From Candidatus Poribacteria bacterium (lineage in GTDB: Bacteria > Poribacteria > WGA-4E > WGA-3G), in contig OZ242029.1 of assembly GCA_965205015.1 (NCBI GenBank), positions 2,272,001 through 2,336,000 of the forward strand: a stretch of DNA of 64,000 nucleotides, given 5' to 3'. Of the stretch, positions 49,267-58,296 are shown piece by piece (within the stretch, counting starts at the first letter, position 1; each line of letters starts with the position of its first letter). The notes beneath the pieces are model-generated. The model searched no databases and had not been told where the DNA came from. It saw only the letters and a program-made list of their open reading frames with translations. A program made the translations under genes and the position numbers.

Positions 49267-49996
49267 CCTGTTGATACAAAAATGTGAAAACCACCCGGAC
49301 TATGACCGGTACACCGAACTCTTTAATCGGTTGGATCCAACAGCAGCGCCGCGGATAGAGTTGGTGCACCGTGCGAAATCATCAGTATCTGAACGTGGTA
49401 AGAGACTCGGCATTTTTTCAGGTTCCTTCAATCCGCTGACGCTTGCGCATACCAAGATGATCGAGGACACAATTGCTGAATATCGGTTGGACGAACTGCT
49501 TCTACTCCTTGCGAAGGCGAATGTAGATAAGACGGTGTTCGGCTTACCGCTTGCGGCGAGACTCTTGACACTCAAAAGGTACACGCAGGACCGAGAAAGA
49601 TTCTCTGTTGGTGTATCGAGCCACGGTAGGTATATTGATAAAGTCACCGCTTTAAAAACTATTTCACCACCAGAAACCGAGTTCTATTTTATCATTGGGT
49701 ACGATACGCTCGTTAGAATCTTTGATCCGAAATACTACACGGATTTCCACGCTGAATTGGAAGAACTCTTTGTAGATGCCCGTTTTATTGTTGCGAACCG
49801 AGCAGCGGCTGATATCAAAACAATAGAATCCTTCATGGACCAACTGGAAGTCCGACGATATACTTCTTACGTTTCATGTCTGTTACTCCCTGATGTTTAC
49901 GCTTATATGTCCTCAACAGAGGTTCGCGAACTGTTAGCGCGCGGAGAATCCATTGAACACCTCGTTCCCCCCAGTATTCTTGCCATGCTTGCCTAA
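49247..49996 (+). CDS. Nucleotidyltransferase, NMN/NaMN adenylyltransferase-like
   Basis: GSFNPLTLAH, IIGYDTLVRIFDPKYY, MSSTEVR. Confidence 0.8.
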   Translation: MAHSLLDLLIQKCENHPDYDRYTELFNRLDPTAAPRIELVHRAKSSVSERGKRLGIFSGSFNPLTLAHTKMIEDTIAEYRLDELLLLLAKANVDKTVFGLPLAARLLTLKRYTQDRERFSVGVSSHGRYIDKVTALKTISPPETEFYFIIGYDTLVRIFDPKYYTDFHAELEELFVDARFIVANRAAADIKTIESFMDQLEVRRYTSYVSCLLLPDVYAYMSSTEVRELLARGESIEHLVPPSILAMLA

Positions 49997-50062
49997 TTTT
50001 TAATTTTTCCTTGCGGTTAAATAACGTGTGTTAGAACTATCGGACGCCTCCCTTAAATCCGC
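49997..50062 (-). repeat. Family A element, partial
   Basis: TTTTAATTTTTCCTTGCGG..GTTAGAACTAT..AAATCCGC right after the stop at 49996. Confidence 0.75.
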
Positions 50063-50163
50063 AATATGTTTCTATTTTCCTACATAAATGTATATCTCTT
50101 GTCCTATTGTGTTTAATTACACACATTTTTCTGACTTATTCGCCCACATTGGCATCCCTACGA

Positions 50164-50179
50164 TGGCATGATTCTTGCT
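50164..50179 (+). promoter_or_regulatory. Sigma-54 (-24/-12) promoter
   Basis: TGGCATGATTCTTGCT = GG-N10-GC. Confidence 0.55.
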
Positions 50180-50343
50180 ATGCTACCCATTAGTTGGAAA
50201 ACTTAACATGCAAAATTTGAAACCGACTCATAGATATTTTCGTTTACTGCATGCAATAATTCAGGCGATACTCTCAAGTTTTGAGAAACGTCTACAGGTT
50301 CATATAGAGCCATTATAAAATCGAATATTGAGGAGAACATACG

Positions 50344-50496
50344 ATGTTCAACGGAATAGAATTCATTATCGGCAGTTTGGGTGCCCTCATCGGTATTGGT
50401 GGCGGCTACTTAGTCCTTTCTGCCTTCTTCGCGGGTATCCGGCACATCACGAAGCCCGGTGCCGTTGAGGTCAAAGAGACGAGGCAAGAGAAATAG
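50344..50496 (+). CDS. Small 50-aa single-TM protein (absent from the ORF track)
   Basis: GAGGAG RBS; MFNGIEFIIGSLGALIGIGGGYLVLSAFFAGIRHITKPGAVEVKETRQEK*. Confidence 0.65.
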   Translation: MFNGIEFIIGSLGALIGIGGGYLVLSAFFAGIRHITKPGAVEVKETRQEK

Positions 50497-50527
50497 TTAT
50501 TGGGCTCATAAGCTACGCGGAGAAGGC

Positions 50528-50556
50528 TTGACAATCGAAGTGTTTTGTGTTATAAT
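50528..50556 (+). promoter_or_regulatory. Consensus sigma-70 promoter
   Basis: TTGACA-17-TATAAT upstream of nfi. Confidence 0.75.
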
Positions 50557-50656
50557 TTATTAAACATCCATCGTGGAGGGTTGACCTCCGCACGCTTTCT
50601 TTGTGCCTGAAACATTTAAAACACGACGTTTACATTGAAAACGAACAGCGGCAGCT

Positions 50657-51346
50657 ATGCAGTATCGCGACCTCCATTCATGGGATGTTACGCCTGAAGA
50701 AGCGCGGCAGCTCCAAAACGAACTCCGCACGCAGGTGGTTGGAACAGACCGGTTTGGAAAAATCAACACCGTTGCTGGGGCAGATATCGGATTCAAGAAG
50801 GACATCGCACGTGCATCCGTGGTAGTCCTCAGTTTTCCGGAGTTGCAGGTGGTGGAGAGCGTGGTCACTGAAAGCCCTGTTCGTTTTCCTTATATACCGG
50901 GACTGTTGTCCTTTCGGGAGATCCCGCCCCTGCTGACAGCATTCACGCAGTTACAAACCGAGCCGGATCTGGTGATAGTAGACGGACAGGGGATCGCACA
51001 CCCCAGGCGGTTTGGACTCGCATCGCACTTGGGGCTGGTTTTGGATAAACCCACGATTGGATGTGCAAAATCCCGACTTTGGGGACGCTACGAGGAGCCG
51101 GAAACGGAACAGGCCTCTTACACCTACCTGATGGACAAAGACGAGGTGATCGGTGCCGCTGTCCGCACGCGTAAAAATGTTCAGGTGGTGTACATATCTA
51201 TAGGACACCGAATTTCTCTGGATTCCGCACGTACATGGACGCTCGCGTGTTGTCGAGGCTACCGCTTACCCGAGACGACCCGTTATGCACATAACGCTGC
51301 ATCCGGTAAAGTTCCCCAAAATACACCAATGCTTCCAATACCATGA
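50657..51346 (+). CDS. nfi: Endonuclease V
   Basis: GADIG, PYIPGLLSFRE, DGQGIAHPRRFGLASH, PTIGCAKS, LPETTR. Confidence 0.95.
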   Translation: MQYRDLHSWDVTPEEARQLQNELRTQVVGTDRFGKINTVAGADIGFKKDIARASVVVLSFPELQVVESVVTESPVRFPYIPGLLSFREIPPLLTAFTQLQTEPDLVIVDGQGIAHPRRFGLASHLGLVLDKPTIGCAKSRLWGRYEEPETEQASYTYLMDKDEVIGAAVRTRKNVQVVYISIGHRISLDSARTWTLACCRGYRLPETTRYAHNAASGKVPQNTPMLPIP

Positions 51347-52134
51347 ATAATCGCAATTCGCTGCACTGGTCCTTTGACTACAATTACGGTGCCCAAAACC
51401 CCCAATTTGCACAAGAATTAATCGGAACGCTTCGCGGATATGGTCCAGAAGTTGGCGCGCACGACACCCAGACAGCGCAAACGATCACACATGTTTACAA
51501 TGTGCTACCGAACTATTGGCGTGGTTATCACAGAGGAGGGAACACGGAGACACTGCGGATCGGAACAGCCATCGTCGAACGGCGCAAAAACGACAATCTG
51601 TGGCACTATTCTGTCACATACGAGAATACAACGAGCGGCGAGAACCTACGAATGCAATTCTGTTGTCGTGATGAAAACTACCGTCCGCTTCGGGGTGATT
51701 GGAGTGTTGATGCCCGGAACAGTGCTAACGATGAATACTCCGAATTGACGTGTACGGGTTATCTCACCTCGGATTCAGAGGTGTGGCTGCGCATCAACGG
51801 GACTGAAATTGCTGCAGGAACAGTGGACGGAGTCGTCACATTAACGTGCAATTGGGCACTCTTCGATGTGATTCCCATGCTTGCCCGAACAATTCAGGCA
51901 TCGGGCGATGGGATAGACCTCGCTGTACTTGAGGACTTGGAACAACTGAGACTAAAAAGTAAGATCGGTTTCCTTGAGTCGATCCAGACCCCTATCCCGC
52001 TTGACGGTTATTATCTTTACGGTACTGGACTGTTGCCTTCGTATTGGTGGCTCGATGCACACGGAAACATCGCTATCGCTTCAACCTTTTTCGAGACGTT
52101 CGTGCTGAGAGAGAGGATGGAGGACCGTGTATGA
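51343..52134 (+). CDS. Hypothetical beta-rich protein
   Basis: ORF coupled by ATGA overlaps to nfi and to the sulfatase. Confidence 0.6.
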   Translation: MNNRNSLHWSFDYNYGAQNPQFAQELIGTLRGYGPEVGAHDTQTAQTITHVYNVLPNYWRGYHRGGNTETLRIGTAIVERRKNDNLWHYSVTYENTTSGENLRMQFCCRDENYRPLRGDWSVDARNSANDEYSELTCTGYLTSDSEVWLRINGTEIAAGTVDGVVTLTCNWALFDVIPMLARTIQASGDGIDLAVLEDLEQLRLKSKIGFLESIQTPIPLDGYYLYGTGLLPSYWWLDAHGNIAIASTFFETFVLRERMEDRV

Positions 52135-53561
52135 ACAAACGTCCCAATATTCTTTTTATCAACACCGACCAGCACTCGTGGGATGCGATTTCGGCTTACG
52201 GTAATCCGTTCCTTCGAACACCCAATATTGATGAACTTCATCGAAACGGGACCTCCTTTCGCAGATCGTTCTGCACAGATCCAGTGTGTGCCGCCGCTCG
52301 TTCCAGTTGGGCGACGGGTCTATACACCTCCGAAACGGGAGTCCCGTTTAACGGTGGATATTTGCACCCAGAAATCCCTGACCTTGGACAATTGCTCAAC
52401 GCAGGTGGCTATCAAGCATTCCACTGCGGTAAGTGGCATGTTCCGGGCAGAGATGTCCGCGAGAGTTTTCAGACCCTCTATTACGGGCAACAGGACATTG
52501 GCGCAGGGGGTGCCGCATACTACGATTCGGCATCTACGCACGCAGTTGCTGATTTCTTGACGAACTACAACAGCGACGATCCATTCTACCTCCAGATCGG
52601 TTACGTTGATCCGCACGACGTATGCGAATATTTGCACAACCATGAGGAGAAGCATATCCCAAATCCATTGGAGCAGGGAATCGTTTCCGAAGACGATCTG
52701 CCGCCGCTCCCAGAAAACTTCGATTACGATGAACGGGAAACGGCGTTACATCGTGTCTGCCGAAGGGTTGACGACGCGCTTATCCACGCGGCGATTCTTA
52801 AAGGGGTCCGGGATTGGGATGAATTCCACTGGCGTTACCTGAGATGGAACTATTACCGGTTCATTGAGAAGGTTGACGCAGAAATTGGGAGAGTCCTCAC
52901 GTTGCTCCGAGAGACATCTCGACACCATAACACGCTCATTATCTTCAGCGCCGACCACGGGGAGGCATGCGGTAGCCACCAGATGTTCCAGAAATTCACG
53001 CTTTATGAAGAGAGCGTGAAGGTCCCGTTCATCGTCGCATGTTTGGGAGAAGATGTTCCTGTAGAGAAGGATCGGTTTGATGATACGCATTTCATTTCTG
53101 GTGTTGATCTATTCCCTACTGTCTGCGATTACGCCGGTATTGATGTGCCTGAAGGGATACAGGGATTAAGTGTCCGTCCGCTTGCGGAGGGGAAGGATGT
53201 CCCTTGGCGCGATTACGCCTACATAGAGAGCAATTATTGGGGACGTGCAATTGTCACTGATCGGTATAAATACGTTACAGAATACAAACCGAAAGCAGTA
53301 GAGGACTTCCAACCTCCTGGACCGGATACCGAACAACTTGGACTGGCACAGTTGTTTGACCGACAGAGTGATCCTGGGGAGACGGAAAATTTAGCAGGAA
53401 ACCCAACTTACGACGAAGCCGTTAAGATATGCAGAAACAAATTGTTCGCCCAAGAAGCCACACTTCATCGGCAAGTCCTCGTGCATCCAAGTCCAAAGCG
53501 AGTCATATCGAATTGGGGCGATCGGTTACGAACGTATTGGCAGATGGCAGACAGCCATTAG
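52131..53561 (+). CDS. Sulfatase family hydrolase
   Basis: PNILFINTDQ, TPNID, CAAARSSWATG, GKWH, PHD, ADHG; GGAGG RBS. Confidence 0.9.
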   Translation: MNKRPNILFINTDQHSWDAISAYGNPFLRTPNIDELHRNGTSFRRSFCTDPVCAAARSSWATGLYTSETGVPFNGGYLHPEIPDLGQLLNAGGYQAFHCGKWHVPGRDVRESFQTLYYGQQDIGAGGAAYYDSASTHAVADFLTNYNSDDPFYLQIGYVDPHDVCEYLHNHEEKHIPNPLEQGIVSEDDLPPLPENFDYDERETALHRVCRRVDDALIHAAILKGVRDWDEFHWRYLRWNYYRFIEKVDAEIGRVLTLLRETSRHHNTLIIFSADHGEACGSHQMFQKFTLYEESVKVPFIVACLGEDVPVEKDRFDDTHFISGVDLFPTVCDYAGIDVPEGIQGLSVRPLAEGKDVPWRDYAYIESNYWGRAIVTDRYKYVTEYKPKAVEDFQPPGPDTEQLGLAQLFDRQSDPGETENLAGNPTYDEAVKICRNKLFAQEATLHRQVLVHPSPKRVISNWGDRLRTYWQMADSH

Positions 53562-53574
53562 CAATCAGCAGTTA

Positions 53575-53716
53575 GTTAAGAGGTTTTCGTCTCACAAAAA
53601 TATCCTCTTAAGAGAGCCTCAAATCCCGTAGTCCGTAAGCGTAGCGGAGGGCGAATTTGAGAGACGCACGTTATAGTCCAAACGCACGAACTGTACCCGC
53701 AAGGTATAATTAAAAG
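53575..53716 (+). repeat. ~140-bp intergenic element, family A (full copy)
   Basis: Colinear with the reverse complement of 1645-1786; ends CCGCAAGGTATAATTAAAAG directly before the ATG at 53717. Confidence 0.8.
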
Positions 53717-54892
53717 ATGAATATATTTTCAAAACGCTTAAATCGACTCCCACCCTACATGTTCGGCAAACTCAGGCAGTTAACACACGAACGTCGGCAG
53801 CAAGGCATCGATATTATCGATTTGGGGATGGGCAATCCGAATCAACCGACCCCGCAACCTATTATTGATAAATTGACGGAGGCGGCACAAGAACTCAGAA
53901 ATCACCGCTATTCCGTTTCGCGTGGTATCTACAACCTGCGTAGGGAAGTCAGTTGGCATTATGAACGCCGGTTCGGTGTTGATATTGATCCGAATGAGGA
54001 GGCAATCGCTGTTATTGGCACAAAAGAGGGACTTGGACACCTCGCTTTAGCTTTGATTGACAATGGCGACTTAGCGATGGTCCCGAATCCGACCTTTCCC
54101 ATTCACATGTACAGCATTGTGCTCGCGGGTGGAAGCGTTGTGAGCATACCCCTCACAGAAGAGAACGCTTTCATCCCCTCGCTCACCGAAATCACGCGCG
54201 ACATTTGGCCCAGACCCAAGGTATTAATCTTAAGTTTTCCGCATAACCCAACGGGTGCTGTTGTCGACCTCGGATTCTTTGAGGAGATTGTTGCCTTCGC
54301 GAAACGCCAAGAGATTGTTGTGATCCACGATTTGGCGTATGCAGACATTGTTTTTGATGGCTACAAGGCACCGAGTCTCTTGCAAGCAAAAGGGGCGAAG
54401 GATATCGGTATCGAATTTATCTCTCTGTCTAAATCCTACAACATGGCGGGGTGGCGGTGTGGGTTTGCTGCTGGAAACCGTGAGATTGTCGAAGCACTCG
54501 CTCGGATTAAAGGATATTACGATTATGGGATTTTCGCACCGATCCAGGTTGCTGCGATTATGGCACTGCGGACCCCAGAGGATACGGTGATGGAAAACGC
54601 TGCCGTTTACCAAAAACGCCGGGATGTGCTTGTGGATGGTCTCAACAGGATCGGATGGAGGGTCCCAAAACCGCAGGCATCAATGTTCGTCTGGGCACCG
54701 ATTCCTGACGCATGGAAGCACCTCAGCTCCATGGAATTCGCCATGAGACTTCTGAGTGAGGCAGAGGTCTGTGTTTCTCCGGGTGCAGGGTTCGGGCACA
54801 ACGGTGAGGGATATATCCGTATTGCCCTCGTAGAGAACGAAGATCGGATTCGTCAGGCAGTGCGTCAGATCCGACGGGCACTGTTCGGTTAA
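53717..54892 (+). CDS. PLP aminotransferase class I/II (AlaC / LL-DAP aminotransferase-like)
   Basis: DLGMGNP, HRYSVSRG, FPHNPT, HDLAY, SLSKSYNMAGWRCGF. Confidence 0.9.
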   Translation: MNIFSKRLNRLPPYMFGKLRQLTHERRQQGIDIIDLGMGNPNQPTPQPIIDKLTEAAQELRNHRYSVSRGIYNLRREVSWHYERRFGVDIDPNEEAIAVIGTKEGLGHLALALIDNGDLAMVPNPTFPIHMYSIVLAGGSVVSIPLTEENAFIPSLTEITRDIWPRPKVLILSFPHNPTGAVVDLGFFEEIVAFAKRQEIVVIHDLAYADIVFDGYKAPSLLQAKGAKDIGIEFISLSKSYNMAGWRCGFAAGNREIVEALARIKGYYDYGIFAPIQVAAIMALRTPEDTVMENAAVYQKRRDVLVDGLNRIGWRVPKPQASMFVWAPIPDAWKHLSSMEFAMRLLSEAEVCVSPGAGFGHNGEGYIRIALVENEDRIRQAVRQIRRALFG

Positions 54893-54927
54893 TCGTAGGG
54901 ACGCGCTAAATACCAAATATTAGATGG

Positions 54928-54992
54928 ATATGTATACAAATTATACATATCAACGCCGATATGTATAAAAATCGCCAAAAATTATACATGTC
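54928..54992. repeat. 65-bp palindromic box cluster, left copy
   Basis: Four ATGTATA/TATACAT boxes; 56/65 identical to 56128-56192. Confidence 0.9.
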
Positions 54993-55016
54993 CGGTTGTC
55001 AAGACTGGTGACAACA

Positions 55017-56102
55017 ATGCCTCAACTCGATCCAAATCTCCCATGGAACGATATTCCTGAACTTCCGCCTCCTGTAGACCTTGAATCGCGTGACATCCTC
55101 AAAGCGTGCATACCAGCGATGACTGCGCTTGCGAGGGCAAATGCCTTGGTGCAGCAGCTGCCAAGCGAAGAGGTTCTGATAAATACACTACCGCTTCAGG
55201 AAGCACGTAGGAGTTCGGAAATCGAAAACATCGTTACAACGAACGATGAACTGTACCGAGCTATGACATCTGATAGAAACCAAATTGCCTCCAATGTCAA
55301 AGAAGTGTTACGCTACCGCGAGGCATTGTGGGAAGGTGTCAGTCACATCCGAGAAGGCTCAACTCTGGACATACAACTCTTTGAACAGATCTGCTCGCGT
55401 ATTCTTGACGAAAAAATGAAAGTACGTAACGGCCCGGTAGTGATTGAAAACCGAGCGACACAAGAGCTCATTTACAGACCCCCAACCGGATATGGAAATC
55501 TTATTAGATTGTTAATTAATCTTGAGCGATTCATTAATGATAAGGATGATGGATTTGAACCGCTTGTCAAAATGGCCGTGATGCACTACCAGTTTGAGGC
55601 AATACACCCTTTCATGGATGGCAATGGGCGAACGGGACGCATACTTAATATCCTCTATTTGGTACAACAAGGACTGCTTGATGTACCAATACTTTATCTC
55701 AGCCGTTTCTTTATCCAAAATCGGGATGAGTATTATTGCTATCTTCGTGAAGTCACGGAAAACGGAAGTTGGCAGCAGTGGATTCTCTACATCTTGGCAG
55801 CAGTGGAACAGACCTCACGAGACACTGTAGAGAAAATAGAGGCAGTTAATCGCCTTATCAACAACGTCGTGATAAAAACGCGTGGCAGAACAAAAGCCGT
55901 TGAACGAGAAGGATTTGTCGATTTGCTTTTCAAGTGGCCTTACTGCAAAATTAATATCGTTGAAAGGGAACTAGCGTGTAGTCGTATTACAGCTACAAGG
56001 TACCTGAACCAAATGGTAACACTTGGGGTACTTGAGCGAGTGAAGATAGGACGAGAGTACTACTACATCAACAAGGGGCTTATGGAATTGCTGTCAGAAT
56101 AA
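55017..56102 (+). CDS. Fic-family adenylyltransferase (SoFic type: Fic_N, Fic, C-terminal wHTH)
   Basis: HPFMDGNGRTGR; inhibitory-helix motif SSEIEN; C-terminal SRITATRYL...KIGREYYYIN. Confidence 0.92.
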   Translation: MPQLDPNLPWNDIPELPPPVDLESRDILKACIPAMTALARANALVQQLPSEEVLINTLPLQEARRSSEIENIVTTNDELYRAMTSDRNQIASNVKEVLRYREALWEGVSHIREGSTLDIQLFEQICSRILDEKMKVRNGPVVIENRATQELIYRPPTGYGNLIRLLINLERFINDKDDGFEPLVKMAVMHYQFEAIHPFMDGNGRTGRILNILYLVQQGLLDVPILYLSRFFIQNRDEYYCYLREVTENGSWQQWILYILAAVEQTSRDTVEKIEAVNRLINNVVIKTRGRTKAVEREGFVDLLFKWPYCKINIVERELACSRITATRYLNQMVTLGVLERVKIGREYYYINKGLMELLSE

Positions 56103-56127
56103 ACTTTAGGTGAAAACTGGAAATAGA

Positions 56128-56192
56128 ATATGTATACAAATTATACATATCAGCTTGGATATGTATACAAATTGCGAAAAAGTATACATATC
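56128..56192. repeat. 65-bp palindromic box cluster, right copy
   Basis: Direct repeat exactly 1200 bp from the left copy. Confidence 0.9.
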
Positions 56193-56244
56193 TGACCTAA
56201 AGTGATAGAAATTGCTCAAAAACCATGTCCCTTAAGTGTGAGAA

Positions 56245-57147
56245 CTACTCCAATCCCCACTCTTTCTTCGCTTCCTCGAACGAAATCTTTTGGCTGCCCG
56301 TGTGAGAGATCGGGTTTTTGCCGACCCATCGTTCATCAATTGGGTCCTCTGCGGGTTGGAAACGGATGTCACAACTGATTCGCCATCTATCGGAGAGATT
56401 CTTCGTAGAGGTGTGCATCGTGTGCATCGTAAAGATGATGACATCCCCCATCTCGAAATCCGCTGTTTGCCAGTCCCCCCCATATTTTTCGCTGATCTCC
56501 ATCGGAACGCGCCCGAAATGTCCGGGGGTGCCGTCTCTGTCGACATCTGTTTTGCCGTAGGTGTCCCGAATCGGGGCGAAACTTGGGAGGTTGTGCGATC
56601 CGACAAGCACAGCCAACGTTCCCATTGTTGCTGGCACATCGCCGAACGGCACCCAACAGGTATGCAACTGCTCTGAACCTCTCCCCATATACACAAAATC
56701 GAAATGGGGTCCCGACCAGCCGTCAGGGCGGACGAATCGGAGCCACTTGTAATCGAAGGTGCGGGTATCGCCGCTAAAGAAGGTTCGGAAGAACTTGAAA
56801 AGTTCATCCCCCTCCAAAACCGCCTGCACGTCTGGATGGTGTGTAACGGCGGGCGTGCCCATCGTTCGACCAGGACTGCCACCACCAGCGATCGCCTCCA
56901 TTATGTCAGTGTCGGACTTGAAAACGTCGTCTTTTCCGTTGCCATTGGCGTATTCAAGGATAGCCCGACGCCCCGCAACAATCTTTTCTTTATCAATTAA
57001 GCCCCGAACGAGGAGATACCCGTCCTCTGCTATCTGTTCGTGTAAGCCTTCTCCTGAGTCGAGGACAGCGTTACAGTCCCGAAGCACACCGAGGTGTGGA
57101 CCCGGAAAGGTGAGTTCATGTTCTCCGAGAAAAACGGTTTCTGCCAT
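56245..57147 (-). CDS. Phytanoyl-CoA dioxygenase family protein
   Basis: HFDFVYMGRG, CWVPFGD, GSH, MHTS, DIRFQP. Confidence 0.85.
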   Translation of the reverse strand: MAETVFLGEHELTFPGPHLGVLRDCNAVLDSGEGLHEQIAEDGYLLVRGLIDKEKIVAGRRAILEYANGNGKDDVFKSDTDIMEAIAGGGSPGRTMGTPAVTHHPDVQAVLEGDELFKFFRTFFSGDTRTFDYKWLRFVRPDGWSGPHFDFVYMGRGSEQLHTCWVPFGDVPATMGTLAVLVGSHNLPSFAPIRDTYGKTDVDRDGTPGHFGRVPMEISEKYGGDWQTADFEMGDVIIFTMHTMHTSTKNLSDRWRISCDIRFQPAEDPIDERWVGKNPISHTGSQKISFEEAKKEWGLE

Positions 57148-57794
57148 TATTTCCCTCCAAATAGGGACGTTTCAATCCGTCGCGCCCCAAGTTGAAAAAG
57201 TGCTTTGTTTGCTGGTGTGTCAAAGGTAAAAACGGGTTTGCCCCATGATATTATCATCTGTGCGAATTCCAAGGTTTTGCTACCTTCTGCAGCGTGCGCG
57301 ATACAAATTTTGTCCGCAAGTGCTGCAACAAAAGCGTTTCGCTGGTTCGCCAATGCCGCAGTTGATCGCCGCTGATGACTTCCAAAAACGGATAAAATTA
57401 AGAGTCTATTTTCGGCGAATGCATCCTTCCACACCGATTTTAGCCGCATGTTCTCGATGCTGCGTGCCGGGCATAAAAGGATGGGTTGTGCGCCTCGCAA
57501 TAAAACGCGTAGGCATTCCTGCTCAACTGGCGAGTGGTACCCACCGATCGTTGGGATGCCTATTTCCTTGAATCTCTGTGCCAAGTCGTGCGCTTTCAGG
57601 ATAATCTCTCCCGGACATTTGCTGGAGCAGAAGAGTGCCCAGAGGTCCCCGTTTAAGGTGGTATTTTGCCCAGGTAATAAGTCGATATTCCCGCGTCCCC
57701 AGATCGTCTCTGGGGTTTCTGTTTTTAAATACCGTTCTAATCCTGCTGGATAATTTGGGTCTTTTTGTGTGATACGTTGAATCGGCTGCGTCAC
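57147..57794 (-). CDS. DprA/Smf-like SLOG-fold protein (short form)
   Basis: DPNYP..L, GNIDLL, FCSSKCPG, GGYHSPVE, RNAFVAALAD, GSKT. Confidence 0.75.
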   Translation of the reverse strand: MTQPIQRITQKDPNYPAGLERYLKTETPETIWGRGNIDLLPGQNTTLNGDLWALFCSSKCPGEIILKAHDLAQRFKEIGIPTIGGYHSPVEQECLRVLLRGAQPILLCPARSIENMRLKSVWKDAFAENRLLILSVFGSHQRRSTAALANQRNAFVAALADKICIAHAAEGSKTLEFAQMIISWGKPVFTFDTPANKALFQLGARRIETSLFGGK

Positions 57795-57931
57795 TTCCCA
57801 ATCCTACATGATATTAACTGACAGTTGGTGGAAGATAAATGCTATTTTTCTCTTGTAAAGGGTCTAAATGTCAGTAGGACTATTTTAACAAAACCCAGTA
57901 ATTAGTGCAAGCATCTAACTTATTGGTTATT

Positions 57932-57986
57932 GTCACTGCCCTCCATTTTTTTTCGAGGGTAGATTGTAGTTGATACCGTCAGGTTT
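57932..57986 (-). mobile_element. Solo right end of an IS related to the IS4 element at 10963-12324
   Basis: 48/55 identity with the reverse complement of 12270-12324. Confidence 0.8.
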
Positions 57987-58097
57987 GTAGTTTTAGGTTG
58001 GCTATTGGAAACTATAGAGATCTGAAAATTTCATAGTATTTCACAGTAAGCGTTTGCACGAAGGTCTTTGTAACCCTTTCAAAACATAGGTGTGGTC

Positions 58098-58250
58098 TGG
58101 GTTTAGAGCCATTTGGGGCGTATGGAATTTTTGGGGGTTTACTGTGAAATTTTTAAAATTGAGACTCGGTTCGATCCTCTGAAAACCCAGTCACGGTGTG
58201 GGTTTAGAGCCACTTTGGGAATTTCGTGTTTTTTGGGGGTTACTGTGAAA
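58098..58250 (+). repeat. Two ~52-bp direct repeats spaced 101 bp
   Basis: TGGGTTTAGAGCCA...TTTTTGGGGGTT(T)ACTGTGAAA at 58098-58149 and 58199-58250; inverted TTTCACAGTAA at 58039-58049. Confidence 0.75.
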
Positions 58251-58296
58251 ATATTGTTATGTTGTATCAAAAATAACATATAGATAAATTTTTACC

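Noticed and set aside
58098-58250. Possible CRISPR array (GTTTAGAGC resembles type II repeat starts)
   Set aside because: Only two degenerate copies with variable interiors, a 101-bp period and no cas genes in the window
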